Shown: in pieces, positions 35,058-44,673 of the stretch
Position numbering within the stretch: the stretch's first letter is position 1
Layout of the letters: each line of letters starts with the position of its first letter
Source: Desulfurococcales archaeon
Lineage (GTDB): Archaea; Thermoproteota; Thermoprotei_A; Sulfolobales; NBVN01
Direction of reading: 5' to 3'
Length of the DNA: 64,000 nt
Assembly: GCA_023255955.1 (NCBI GenBank)
Contig: JAGDWD010000008.1
Coordinates: 128,845 to 192,844, forward strand
The notes under the pieces: model-generated
Told to the model about the DNA's origin: nothing
Database searches by the model: none
Seen by the model: only the letters and a program-made list of their open reading frames with translations
Position numbers and translations under genes: made by a program

Positions 35058-36317
35058 ATGCTAGTTAGGAGGGATCTTGTTACTCTACGTGAGGTGGTTA
35101 GTGAGGTATTCATTTCGAAAGACTCGGTAAGCTCTAATCATCTAAATGCTGATGTCGTTGGCTGTAGGGAGTTGGTTGGTGGTTGCTGGGTTGTGAGGTC
35201 CTGTCAGGGCTGTGTAGACTACTCAAATCTTTGTGAGGAGGTCGATGTCCTAGTTAAGGTTCTAGACACATCATACTGTAGGGTCCCAGAGAGCTTCGAG
35301 GTGGAGTTCTATAGTGGTAGGGTAAACATAGGTAGCTTAGTGGATGTGGAGGAGCTAGCTAAGCACCTACTAGATTTATGTAGGGAGTACACCATCCCCG
35401 GCTATGAGGTCACATCCCTCCTTAGGGTACGTAAGCTATCTAGGGAGATTAGGGTAGAAGGTTGGGGTGAGGCTGTTGAGGAGAAAGCTCTAGTCGAGAT
35501 ATCTGCGGGAGTTAAATACAGTGCTGGAAGACTTTCCTACGGCTCCAGCGAGTACGTAGCGGTAGCTGGAGTTGGTGAGAACCTCGGGAAGATCTTCGAG
35601 AACGTGCTCAGACTTGCCAGGGATAGAGCTAGAGCTAGGAGTAAAGCTAGGGGAGTAAACATCACTGAAGTCGGTAAAGTTGAGGTAATATTAACACGTG
35701 AAGCATCCCCAGCGCTCTTCCACGAAATCTCACACCTACTGCAGGCAGACCTAGGTACCCACTTACTAGGTAGGAAAATCCTCGTCCACGATAGGATAAG
35801 CATCTATGATAGCCCCGGAGACATCGGTAAACCATCCGCAAGGTTCTTCGACGATGAGGGAGTTACAGCTAGGAGGAGGTGGCTAGTTGAGGGAGGTGTC
35901 GTCCTAGACCTACATCACACAATAAGAACTGCTTACGAAGCCGGCTCATTCCCTGGCTCAGCACACGGCCTCTTCCACAGACCTAGACCTTTCCACACAT
36001 CGTTAACTGTAGGAGGTGGGGACTGGAAAGAGAATGAGCTTGTAGAGGAAACTAGGAGGGGGTTCCTCATCGACGGTATCGCGGCCGCATTTCTAGAGGA
36101 GGGTGTGGTTAGGCTGATCCCCCAGGTCGTATATCGGATAGAGAAGGGTGAGCTAGGAGATCCTGTAGCTGTCCGGGCTATCAAGATACCTCTACTAAAG
36201 CCGGTTAAGGTGTTAGGACTTGGTAGGGATGGGTACACAAGGTTCTCTCACGAGGATTCCGCACTAGTTACTGAGACAGCTCCCCCAATTAAGGTGGAGG
36301 CCTATGTCGAAATTTGA
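35058..36317 (+). CDS. TldD/PmbA-family metalloprotease-like protein
   Basis: The 419-aa protein has a HEISH (HExxH-like) motif and a Gly-rich C-terminal half typical of TldD/PmbA. No partner paralogue is adjacent. Confidence 0.6.
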   Translation: MLVRRDLVTLREVVSEVFISKDSVSSNHLNADVVGCRELVGGCWVVRSCQGCVDYSNLCEEVDVLVKVLDTSYCRVPESFEVEFYSGRVNIGSLVDVEELAKHLLDLCREYTIPGYEVTSLLRVRKLSREIRVEGWGEAVEEKALVEISAGVKYSAGRLSYGSSEYVAVAGVGENLGKIFENVLRLARDRARARSKARGVNITEVGKVEVILTREASPALFHEISHLLQADLGTHLLGRKILVHDRISIYDSPGDIGKPSARFFDDEGVTARRRWLVEGGVVLDLHHTIRTAYEAGSFPGSAHGLFHRPRPFHTSLTVGGGDWKENELVEETRRGFLIDGIAAAFLEEGVVRLIPQVVYRIEKGELGDPVAVRAIKIPLLKPVKVLGLGRDGYTRFSHEDSALVTETAPPIKVEAYVEI

Positions 36318-36841
36318 ACCCCGCAACCCTGGACACCTTAGGGGCCATACTGATCTATGCATGGATTTAATGCTTAGCTGGAGGGGTGTAGTACGTGATT
36401 AAAGAGCCCTAAAAGGTTTACTGATCCAGCTATTCTACTGATCCCACTACCTACACAGCTGGATTACCCGCACATATATATCAGGCTTGACTATGTCCTC
36501 ACAACCTCCCTAGTTCTCGTAACCAGCAACTACCGCTGTAGCTTCTCACTAGTCACCTTGTACAGCTTGAACACAGCGAACGTTCCATCCGTTACTTGGG
36601 GACTGTAGCTCCAGGGATGCGTAGCATGGGAAATCTACAATTTCGCTCTAGCTTTAGCTGGGTCTGCCGAGAGAGCCTACGAAGTAGCCCGGCCTAGCAG
36701 AAGCTTTCTAATTACAGCTTATAGCCGCCAATACTCTCAGCAGGAGAGCTGAAGCGCTGGGGAGAAGCTCGTGGAATCCATGTTCAGGGTCTTGGAGGTG
36801 CTTTTATATGATGTGAGAACACCTAGAGTCGGGCCGTAGAG

Positions 36842-38395
36842 TTGAGGGAGGTCGGTGTTATAGCTTCTAATGCCAGGTCGTTTGAAGCACCTCTACTGAT
36901 ATACAAGGAGGCTGAGCCGCTCATAAAGGAGGAGGCCCTGGTACTAGTCGACGACGTTAAGTTTAGGAAGAAGTACCTCGGTGTTCTGAGGTTCGTCGTT
37001 AAGTTAGACCCCTTACTCACTACTACACAGAGATCAGCTATAATAGAGAGGCCTGAGATCGCTGAGGAGGGTATTGACATACCCTACGAAACATCTACCG
37101 TTAGGATTATTGGGGAGGTATCCGGCAGTAGGGTGGAGCCAGCAACAACACCTCCAACACCTAGATCTAAGGTCTACCTAGTGGAGAAACCTGAGGATCT
37201 GCTGATAGACCTCGGTACCGGGCTCTCAATAGGTGTACACAAGTACAGTGGAATAGAGGTGCCGATGAGGACGGATGCCCTGAGGTACCACATAGCAGTT
37301 GTAGGTACTACAGGTACCGGTAAGTCTAGACTCGTTAAAGCGGTCATAGATGAGGTGATAGCGAAGACTAACTGGAACGTCATCGTCTTCGACCACACAG
37401 GTATGGACTACGCACCGTACTGGCCCGATAAGACCGTAGCGGCAGAGCGGGTAGTACTTGACGTAGCTACCATTGCTGACGGGCTTAAGGCGTGTATAGG
37501 TACCTCCAGAGAGCTTATAGAGGAGTACATACCCCCAGCACTAGCCGAGTACGTAGTCTGCGAGGGAGGTAACACAGAGCTCTGCAATAAGCTGCAGAGC
37601 CTTAGGCAGAAGGATACCGAGGAGAGGCAGAGAGGGAAGGGCCTAGTAGCTACCCAGAAAACTACCGAGCTACCTACCATAGAGAGGGATGTTCTTGAGG
37701 CCCTAACGCTGGAGGTATCTAGTAGAGGGGGTTGGAATGCTTCTAAGCTAGCTATCTACATAGCTAGGGTTGCGTTGGGTCTGGGTGCTAAAGCAACAAC
37801 AAACTTCAAGCTAACGTTCTATCTAACGCTCTACGCCCAGCACTACATAAGGAGGCTTAACAGCATGAGGTACAGAGTTGACGACCTAGTCGATAGGGCC
37901 CGCAGGGATAGGCTCCTGGTGGTAGACCTAAGCACTGTTGAAACAGAGGTTAGGAGGGTAATAGTTGCTAGGTTCCTTGAGAGGCTGTGGGAGATTATCA
38001 CCGAGAGGTTGGAGCCTGTGAACACGTTGGTAGTCATAGATGAAGCACATAACTACGCATGCTACCAGGGGTGCTATCCAGCTAGCTACATGGTCGAGAA
38101 GACCCTTAGGGAGGGTAGGAAGTGGAACCTAGGCGTGGTGCTAGCCAGCCAGAGAGTCCTAGATTTCTCACCGGATGTTAGGAACAACGTGAACACCGTG
38201 TTCTTCAGCAGGTTACAGACACCCTATGACTTCGACCAGTTGAGGAACTTCGTTGACCTAGCTGGTATAAGACCTGAGACACTCTCACTTCTTGAGGCTA
38301 GGGAGTTCTTCTTTGCTGGCTTAGGTAACCCGCTCAAGTTCCCGATGTTGATTAGGGTGCGGGAGGTTGGAGACCCAGCAAGGGTTCCTAGCTGA
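36842..38395 (+). CDS. herA: HerA/FtsK-type P-loop ATPase (DUF87-like)
   Basis: It has an N-terminal barrel-like region, Walker A VVGTTGTGKS and Walker B LVVIDEAHNY. The start is TTG. It overlaps the next gene by 29 nt. Confidence 0.8.
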   Translation: MREVGVIASNARSFEAPLLIYKEAEPLIKEEALVLVDDVKFRKKYLGVLRFVVKLDPLLTTTQRSAIIERPEIAEEGIDIPYETSTVRIIGEVSGSRVEPATTPPTPRSKVYLVEKPEDLLIDLGTGLSIGVHKYSGIEVPMRTDALRYHIAVVGTTGTGKSRLVKAVIDEVIAKTNWNVIVFDHTGMDYAPYWPDKTVAAERVVLDVATIADGLKACIGTSRELIEEYIPPALAEYVVCEGGNTELCNKLQSLRQKDTEERQRGKGLVATQKTTELPTIERDVLEALTLEVSSRGGWNASKLAIYIARVALGLGAKATTNFKLTFYLTLYAQHYIRRLNSMRYRVDDLVDRARRDRLLVVDLSTVETEVRRVIVARFLERLWEIITERLEPVNTLVVIDEAHNYACYQGCYPASYMVEKTLREGRKWNLGVVLASQRVLDFSPDVRNNVNTVFFSRLQTPYDFDQLRNFVDLAGIRPETLSLLEAREFFFAGLGNPLKFPMLIRVREVGDPARVPS

Positions 38396-39509
38396 GGAGG
38401 TGGGTGTAGCACCGGAGATCGTTGGGGAGGCCCTTAGGAAAGCAACCACTAAGCTACTTAACGAGGTTAGGAAGGTTAGGGAGGCTATCTCCGAGATCAG
38501 AAGAGCTATTGAGTCTAGGAGGGACCTCTTCCTAATTAGGAGGGCCGGTACACCTAGAGACCTGTGCTACGCCGCCATAGACTCCGGCTTCACAGCCCCA
38601 GCAATAGAGCTTGTTGGTGGTTACCTGGGTATAGTACTCGTTACTGAGGTCCTCTACGGATCTAGGTGTGGTGGGGGAGGTATAGATGTTAGAGCATATG
38701 TAGATCTGTGGTTTAACGATGACTTAACTAACTCTATAGCTAGGTACTACGAGAGGTTAACTACTCTGAGACTCCTGGAGAGGAAGAGGGCTGGTGAGGC
38801 GGACTTCGATGTCCTGCTAATTGATGGTGAGATAATCCCTAGGACTAGGTGGGTTAGTGGTGGGGAGAGGAGTGGTAGGCAGGAACTCCTCGGTAAGGTA
38901 GTTGACTTAACTGGTGAGGTACTTAAGGTAGCTAACGAGACGGACACAGCTATCGTCGGTGTTCTGAAGAGGAGTTACTCTAGGGACATCATAAACATAC
39001 TCGGATTCTCGAATCTTAAGCTAAGTGATAAGGCTGTGATAAGCCTGGTTCTGGAGGAGGGTGAGTACCTGATCGCTGGGGATCATTTCACTATTAGGGC
39101 TGAGCTGGAGAAGCTTACGGGCATGCCAGGAGTTAGGAGGGACTGGCTTAGGTCTAGGTTGGAGTGGTATGAGAGCTTAGTTAATAGCATACCAGTCGGC
39201 TACACAGTTAAGCTCGCCTTCTACAGAGCACCTAGAACCATATACCCAACAGCAACTAAGGTAGAGTACGTAACAAGTGACACTATAGATGAGGAGACAC
39301 TGCTCTCAAACCTCGTACACATCAGTAGCGGGACCGGAATACCCGCACCAGTAGACTACGCAGATAGCTTCTCAAACATCTCGAGAGAGCTTAAACAGAC
39401 AGTCTACAATAAGCTACTTGCTGAGCTAGCTAAGAGTGTTGGAAGTAAGGAGATAGTACCACTCCTATCACTCATCAACCCAGAGAAGTTGAGGCATATT
39501 ATCGGCTAG
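38367..39509 (+). CDS. nurA: NurA-type nuclease
   Basis: Acidic motifs YAAIDSGF and VLLIDGEIIPR are at NurA-like spacing, and the gene is coupled to the herA-like gene. An alternative GTG start is at 38400. Confidence 0.65.
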   Translation: METQQGFLAEEVGVAPEIVGEALRKATTKLLNEVRKVREAISEIRRAIESRRDLFLIRRAGTPRDLCYAAIDSGFTAPAIELVGGYLGIVLVTEVLYGSRCGGGGIDVRAYVDLWFNDDLTNSIARYYERLTTLRLLERKRAGEADFDVLLIDGEIIPRTRWVSGGERSGRQELLGKVVDLTGEVLKVANETDTAIVGVLKRSYSRDIINILGFSNLKLSDKAVISLVLEEGEYLIAGDHFTIRAELEKLTGMPGVRRDWLRSRLEWYESLVNSIPVGYTVKLAFYRAPRTIYPTATKVEYVTSDTIDEETLLSNLVHISSGTGIPAPVDYADSFSNISRELKQTVYNKLLAELAKSVGSKEIVPLLSLINPEKLRHIIG

Positions 39510-39649
39510 CTAACTAACACCACGTTTTACGAGAGGGAATTACTTTGTAATATACCTACGTACTAGTGTGGGGCCTGCTACGAAACTGGAGACTGCAGGA
39601 TTCTATACTACGCTAAGTAAAGTGAGTAAGGTGTGGCATCTTCTAATGT

Positions 39650-40657
39650 ATGAGAGAAGTGGAGAGTATGGGTATGTATGTGGAGGAGATCGGTGTGCGG
39701 GGCTTAATGAGGTTCTATGATTTGGTAACTCTACTGACTGCTGTGGTTATAGTGTCCGGAGTAGTAGCTCCCGGAGTTAACTACTCGGCGTACGGGCTAA
39801 TAGTGCGGGGTTTAGGTGTTGCTACTAACATGGAATACGGGTTGGAGGTGGTTAGTAGGGATAGCATATGCAGTTTCCTACTATCGCAGTACACTGATTT
39901 AGGTGGTGGGGCTGGTTGTTGTAGGGAATCCCCGGTAGCTGAGCCTTACGTGTGTTATACCTCCACTAACTTGCTAGCTGAGTACGTGCTTAGATATGTT
40001 TGTGGTAGGCCAGATGTAGCTGATAGGATCAGGGCTTTCCTGGAGGAGTATCCTACAGACTTCTACGACTACTACCAGGTGTTGCTTGGGAAACCTATAG
40101 AGCTTCCCTTCATGGCTGTAGAGCACGTAGAGGTAGGTAGGGTCGGTAACATAAGTGTGAGGCATGTTGTTAGGTCGAACCCCATATACGACTACGACTA
40201 CTACGCTAATCTACTAGCAGTTAAGGTTGTGTACCACTCATTGCGTGGTGAGCTTAGTGAGGCTAGGCTTGAGTTGGTTAGGTTGAGTAAGCTATATGAC
40301 GGCATGGGCTTTGCCGATAGGTCGCACATGTTCCTAGGAGTTTACGAAACCTACAAGCTAGCACTAGCAGTCATAGCACATAGGATATCGGGTTACCTAA
40401 CTGAAGCTGAGGAGTATGTATCTAAGCTAACCTCAATAAAACCTCTTACCACCCTATACCACAGCAATACAGGTATCGGGGACCTAAACGTCGAGACAGC
40501 TACCCTGGTAGCAATAGCTCTATACTCAACACCACCGCAATACCTAGCACCTACATCAGCAGAGCATGTAACTATAGACGCCATCCCGCTACTAACTCTA
40601 GTAGTAGCAGTATACCTGATAGTACTACTACACCGTAAGCTAAGGCGAAGGCATTAA
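39650..40657 (+). CDS. Hypothetical membrane-anchored protein (N- and C-terminal TM helices)
   Basis: The 335-aa protein has hydrophobic segments near both ends and a Cys-containing middle domain. I recognise no family. Confidence 0.4.
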   Translation: MREVESMGMYVEEIGVRGLMRFYDLVTLLTAVVIVSGVVAPGVNYSAYGLIVRGLGVATNMEYGLEVVSRDSICSFLLSQYTDLGGGAGCCRESPVAEPYVCYTSTNLLAEYVLRYVCGRPDVADRIRAFLEEYPTDFYDYYQVLLGKPIELPFMAVEHVEVGRVGNISVRHVVRSNPIYDYDYYANLLAVKVVYHSLRGELSEARLELVRLSKLYDGMGFADRSHMFLGVYETYKLALAVIAHRISGYLTEAEEYVSKLTSIKPLTTLYHSNTGIGDLNVETATLVAIALYSTPPQYLAPTSAEHVTIDAIPLLTLVVAVYLIVLLHRKLRRRH

Positions 40658-40945
40658 ACACTTTTACTTCTCTGGCTGTGGGTACTTTGCTAATTCCCTA
40701 TTTTGCTTAACATAACATACTCAGCTTAATCGCTCCAATATCAGAAATCCTCAGCTACTAGATTAAATACCTGAGAACCCTCTAGGACCTCTCAGAATCA
40801 TCGTAACCGAGATATGGACCGCGCTCAGCAAGGTAGAATCAGTAAGATCCTTAAACGGGTAGTTGTCGTTACCTAACTTCATGTCTGATAGTTCCGGGGG
40901 TCACCCTTTCTCTCTACTTATTTTATTTTACGTACTATTTTCGAG

Positions 40946-42325
40946 GTGATTGTCCTGGAGCTAGGAAGGATTGTTGAGGAGCTTGTTAGTGGTGTACCGA
41001 GCTACAAGGAGTTTATGACCGTACGTGAGCTAGTTGATAGTACTCGTAGGTTAGTGGGTGAGCACGGTGATGTCGCTGAACTCGTTGAGGTAGGTCCTTC
41101 CCGTGGCGATGTCCCTATATATGCTCTGGTTATTAGAGGTGGTGATGAGAGGAGGGTACTAGCTTTCGGTTTTCCACACCCGAACGAGCCTGTAGGTTCA
41201 CTAGTTCTAGATTACTTGAGCTGGAGGTTGGTGAAGGATAGGGAGCTATTTAAGGCTTTTGGTGCTACCTGGGTAATCGTTAAGGTTGCTGATGTCTATG
41301 GTGCGTTACTTAATGAGGGCTGGTTTAAGGGTCCCTTCGATGTTAGGAAGTATGCTTTAAACTATTACAGGCCTCCACCGTATAAGCAGGTTGAGTGGTC
41401 CTTCCCCATAGAGTATAAGGAGCTTAAATTCACATCACCAGTACCGGAGACTGCGGCACTCATGAAGTTAATAGATGAGTGGAGGCCCACACACATCTAC
41501 AGCCTACACAACGCGGGCTTTACCGGGACTTACTACTACGTTGCGAAGAGGCCCTCAGATAGGGCGCTTAAGGTCATGACTGAGATCCCGAAGAGGCTCG
41601 GCGTACCTATACATAGAGGAGAGCCTGAAGCTCCCTACATGTCGAAGATAGCTGAAGGAGTATTTAGGATGCCCAGTACTAGGGAGACCTACGACTGGCT
41701 GGAGAAGTACCTCGGTAGAGCCCCCATAGATGCTATTAAACATGGTGGGAGTAGCTACGACTACGCGTCCAGAGTTAACCCAGATGTGCAGGAGGTCGTC
41801 TGTGAGGTGCCGTACATCTACGACCCTAGGCTCGATATAGATGTGGAGGTAGGAGTACCTAGGCGTGAGATCCTGAGGATCGCAATCTCAAGAGAGAAAC
41901 AGCTCGTAAGGGACTTTAAGATAGCTATGGAGAGAGTAGATAAGTTCGTAGCCACCGACAACCCCTTCTACGAAGCTCTAAAGTCGTTTACGGAAACTAG
42001 TGAGAGACGTATTGAGGCTGAGGAGAGGTGGATTGAGGAGAATAAGGAACTGGAGAAGAGCGCCACGGTTGCTCAAACCTTCGACGCGTACCTACGTACA
42101 TACTGGTCACCACTCCTCAGATACGGGTTGCTGTACAGAGCAGTAACACATGAGTTATCTAGGGGGAGATCGGAGGCTGAGCTACAGAATACTCAAGAAG
42201 AAGCTCTCTCAGCAATCGATAGATACGTAGAGGTATTCAATAGGCTCACAAAGTACTACATCGTACCCGTAGATAAGCTCGTAAAGATTCAGCTAGCATC
42301 TATAGTGGCAACACTCACCGACTGA
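40946..42325 (+). CDS. Zinc carboxypeptidase-like protein (M14 superfamily-like)
   Basis: It has an HxxE motif (FPHPNEPVG) and a downstream His (IYSLHNAGFTG) at M14-like spacing. The assignment is tentative. Confidence 0.5.
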   Translation: MIVLELGRIVEELVSGVPSYKEFMTVRELVDSTRRLVGEHGDVAELVEVGPSRGDVPIYALVIRGGDERRVLAFGFPHPNEPVGSLVLDYLSWRLVKDRELFKAFGATWVIVKVADVYGALLNEGWFKGPFDVRKYALNYYRPPPYKQVEWSFPIEYKELKFTSPVPETAALMKLIDEWRPTHIYSLHNAGFTGTYYYVAKRPSDRALKVMTEIPKRLGVPIHRGEPEAPYMSKIAEGVFRMPSTRETYDWLEKYLGRAPIDAIKHGGSSYDYASRVNPDVQEVVCEVPYIYDPRLDIDVEVGVPRREILRIAISREKQLVRDFKIAMERVDKFVATDNPFYEALKSFTETSERRIEAEERWIEENKELEKSATVAQTFDAYLRTYWSPLLRYGLLYRAVTHELSRGRSEAELQNTQEEALSAIDRYVEVFNRLTKYYIVPVDKLVKIQLASIVATLTD

Positions 42326-42383
42326 CCTAACCCCGCCAGGTGGTCTAGCCGTTAACCGGCTCAGTAAGTCTCTAAACCCGAAC

Positions 42384-43631
42384 TTAGATTCCCTGCAGGA
42401 GCTTGTGGAATCTTTGTGTGAATTTCTCGAGTGTTAGATCCCTAACTCTCTCGATCGACCTCCTGGACATAGTTACCCAGGTATCTCTATCTGTGAGAAG
42501 CTTAGATAGGGCCTCAACCGCTTCCTCCACCCCGCCATAGCCGAGCCCGTACACTCCCTCACTGACAAGATCGCTCCACGTCCCCCCTGACCTATGTACA
42601 ACCACCGGCAGGCCCCTAGCCATAGCTTCAGCAACTGCGATGCCCCAGTGCTCGTTTATGGTGGCATGGAGGAACGCTCTAGCTCTATCCATTAGCTCAA
42701 CTATAGCTACCCTACTAGCATCCGGTAGGAGGTACAAGTCCGCCTCCTCGGAAGGGTTAGTTGCTACCCTCAGATTCAACCTACTTGCTAGATCCACAAG
42801 CCTGTTTAGGTACGCTCTAGACGTCCTCGTACCGGCACCACCAACTATAGCTAGCTTCACATCGCTAACCTCCTCCTTAAGCCTTGGGTATACTTCCTGA
42901 ATTACCCAGTGATACCTCTTCTCCTCGGAGAACCTACCCAACATAACAACCAAGTCTTCCCTCCCCTCATACGGCCTAACATCTATGGCTACAGGTGTTG
43001 ACGGTGCTATTGGTGGGTTAAGTACCTCAGGCCTCTCACCGAAGACCTCCCTAACGATACTGGCAGTCCACCCAGAGTTTACTAACACTAGGTCAGCATA
43101 TCTGAATGGATTGTCCCTACCTATCCACCTAATTAATTTAGAGTAGATACCGTAGTAGAGAGCCATAAACCCCCTATATCTCTCCCTAATATATGGGTCG
43201 TCTCTCCAGTAAAGACCTAATTGCTTGTATCTAGGGTCCGCAGAAACCTCTGGAGGGAAGTGTATATACTCTATGAAGATCCTTCCTTCTTTGTACTTCT
43301 TTAGGGGCTTGTAGAATCCGTTATCTATGAAGAATATTGATGGATCGAACTTCCTCATAGCTGTGGCTGACGGTAACCAAGTTAGGAGCCTTAGGTATAG
43401 ACCGAAAGCTCTGAGCTCCAGCCCTAAGTCCACCCTCGGGTAGTTAGCTAAGTCTATTCCAAACCACTCCAAGTACTTCTCAGCGTGAACCCTAGTAGGT
43501 GAGACCAGCACAGGCTTAAAGCCAGCTGAGTCGAGAGCCTTAGCGATAGCAGCACAGACGAGCTCCCCTCCACCCGGTCTATTCCAGTAGTGATGAGCTA
43601 CTATAGCGTAATCCGTAGAGCTCCCCGACAT
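42384..43631 (-). CDS. Glycosyltransferase, GT-B fold (GT4-like)
   Basis: It has the C-terminal EHWGIAVAEAMARGLPVV (E-x7-E region). Confidence 0.8.
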   Translation of the reverse strand: MSGSSTDYAIVAHHYWNRPGGGELVCAAIAKALDSAGFKPVLVSPTRVHAEKYLEWFGIDLANYPRVDLGLELRAFGLYLRLLTWLPSATAMRKFDPSIFFIDNGFYKPLKKYKEGRIFIEYIHFPPEVSADPRYKQLGLYWRDDPYIRERYRGFMALYYGIYSKLIRWIGRDNPFRYADLVLVNSGWTASIVREVFGERPEVLNPPIAPSTPVAIDVRPYEGREDLVVMLGRFSEEKRYHWVIQEVYPRLKEEVSDVKLAIVGGAGTRTSRAYLNRLVDLASRLNLRVATNPSEEADLYLLPDASRVAIVELMDRARAFLHATINEHWGIAVAEAMARGLPVVVHRSGGTWSDLVSEGVYGLGYGGVEEAVEALSKLLTDRDTWVTMSRRSIERVRDLTLEKFTQRFHKLLQGI

Positions 43632-43763
43632 CCTAATCTCATTCCTGCCATTAAAACGTATGGTATATATACACCCTCGATCTATGTCTATGTCTTGCTT
43701 AGAGACCTAATCCAGAGCTACACTAACTAACCTAGAGGTAGCTACAAGTTTCTTTATCTTCGT

Positions 43764-44300
43764 TTATATGTAGGTGAGCTTCCCTCCCTTAACTCTAGCA
43801 CACTTTGTGTACCTATGTTCGAAGGTTTTAGGTGGTACTACGTGTACGACTTTAAACCCTCTATAGGTGAGCCAGTCTGACAGTATCTTTCTGTGGCACC
43901 TAGCAGGTACCTTCTCACAGCACATAATCACAGCTCTGCGGCTACTGCAGGTTCTTTCGAGTTCTGCGAGTGCTTCCCATGCTTTAGGGGAGTGGAGGAT
44001 GTATGTAGCGTAAGCTCTAAAGCCCTCAGACTTGAAGCACCTACCTATACCAACATCATCTACATCTACACCGAACCTCCTGTACCCACCTAGATTAGGT
44101 AGCCAGACATAGCCGATGCCGAGGGAGTTAAGTGCCTGTCTAAGGCTCCCACCGGAGAACTCAGGGGCTTTCCTACTGGAGGTCCACCTCCTGACATCAA
44201 CAACGACCTCGACGCTGAGGCTAAGTAGCAGCCTCATAAACTCCTCCAGCTTGAGCCCACCATAACCTAATGTGTAGACAACACCCACCAACCTAATCAA
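43764..44300 (-). CDS. DUF488 family protein
   Basis: The sequence YTLGYGG...VVVDVRRWTSSRKAPEF...LGIGYVWLPNLGG matches the DUF488 pattern. Confidence 0.65.
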   Translation of the reverse strand: MIRLVGVVYTLGYGGLKLEEFMRLLLSLSVEVVVDVRRWTSSRKAPEFSGGSLRQALNSLGIGYVWLPNLGGYRRFGVDVDDVGIGRCFKSEGFRAYATYILHSPKAWEALAELERTCSSRRAVIMCCEKVPARCHRKILSDWLTYRGFKVVHVVPPKTFEHRYTKCARVKGGKLTYI

Positions 44301-44613
44301 CTCTAGCTACTAGGAACCTGGGGGATGAGATCCACTCACTCCTGCATTTAGGGCATCTACTAGGTTTGCGAGGACTATCTAGGTCCTTGAATACGTAACC
44401 ACACTTCCTACATCTAGGGGGCTCCATCAGCAGAGCTTCAGTACCACCACTCCTACTGTAGACAGACTTAGCTACGTGCTTTAGGTGCTCGTAGACCTCC
44501 CTAGGAGTTAAACCGAGCTCCACAGCAATCTCCTCAGCAGTTAAGGGCCTACCAGCTTCCTTAAGTAGCCTAGCAATTCTCTCCCGATAGGTCTCCTCCA
44601 ACTTTAAGCCCAT
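44293..44613 (-). CDS. Transcriptional regulator, HTH fused to a C-terminal zinc ribbon
   Basis: It has an N-terminal wHTH (RIARLLKEAGRPLTAEEIAVELGL) followed by CRKCG...CPKC. Confidence 0.65.
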   Translation of the reverse strand: MGLKLEETYRERIARLLKEAGRPLTAEEIAVELGLTPREVYEHLKHVAKSVYSRSGGTEALLMEPPRCRKCGYVFKDLDSPRKPSRCPKCRSEWISSPRFLVARVD

Positions 44614-44673
44614 GTTTAATTGTACGTCTCGGCACTTAATTTAATGTCTCTTCCCTGCTTTAAGCTCTGCTAC

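Noticed and set aside
36305-36330. A tRNA T-loop-like string (GGGGTTCAAAT on the minus strand) at the end of the TldD-like gene; considered as a possible tRNA fragment or att site.
   Set aside because: No complementary T-stem, anticodon arm or acceptor stem can be drawn. It is in the opposite orientation to tRNA-Leu. A 10-11-mer match is not compelling.
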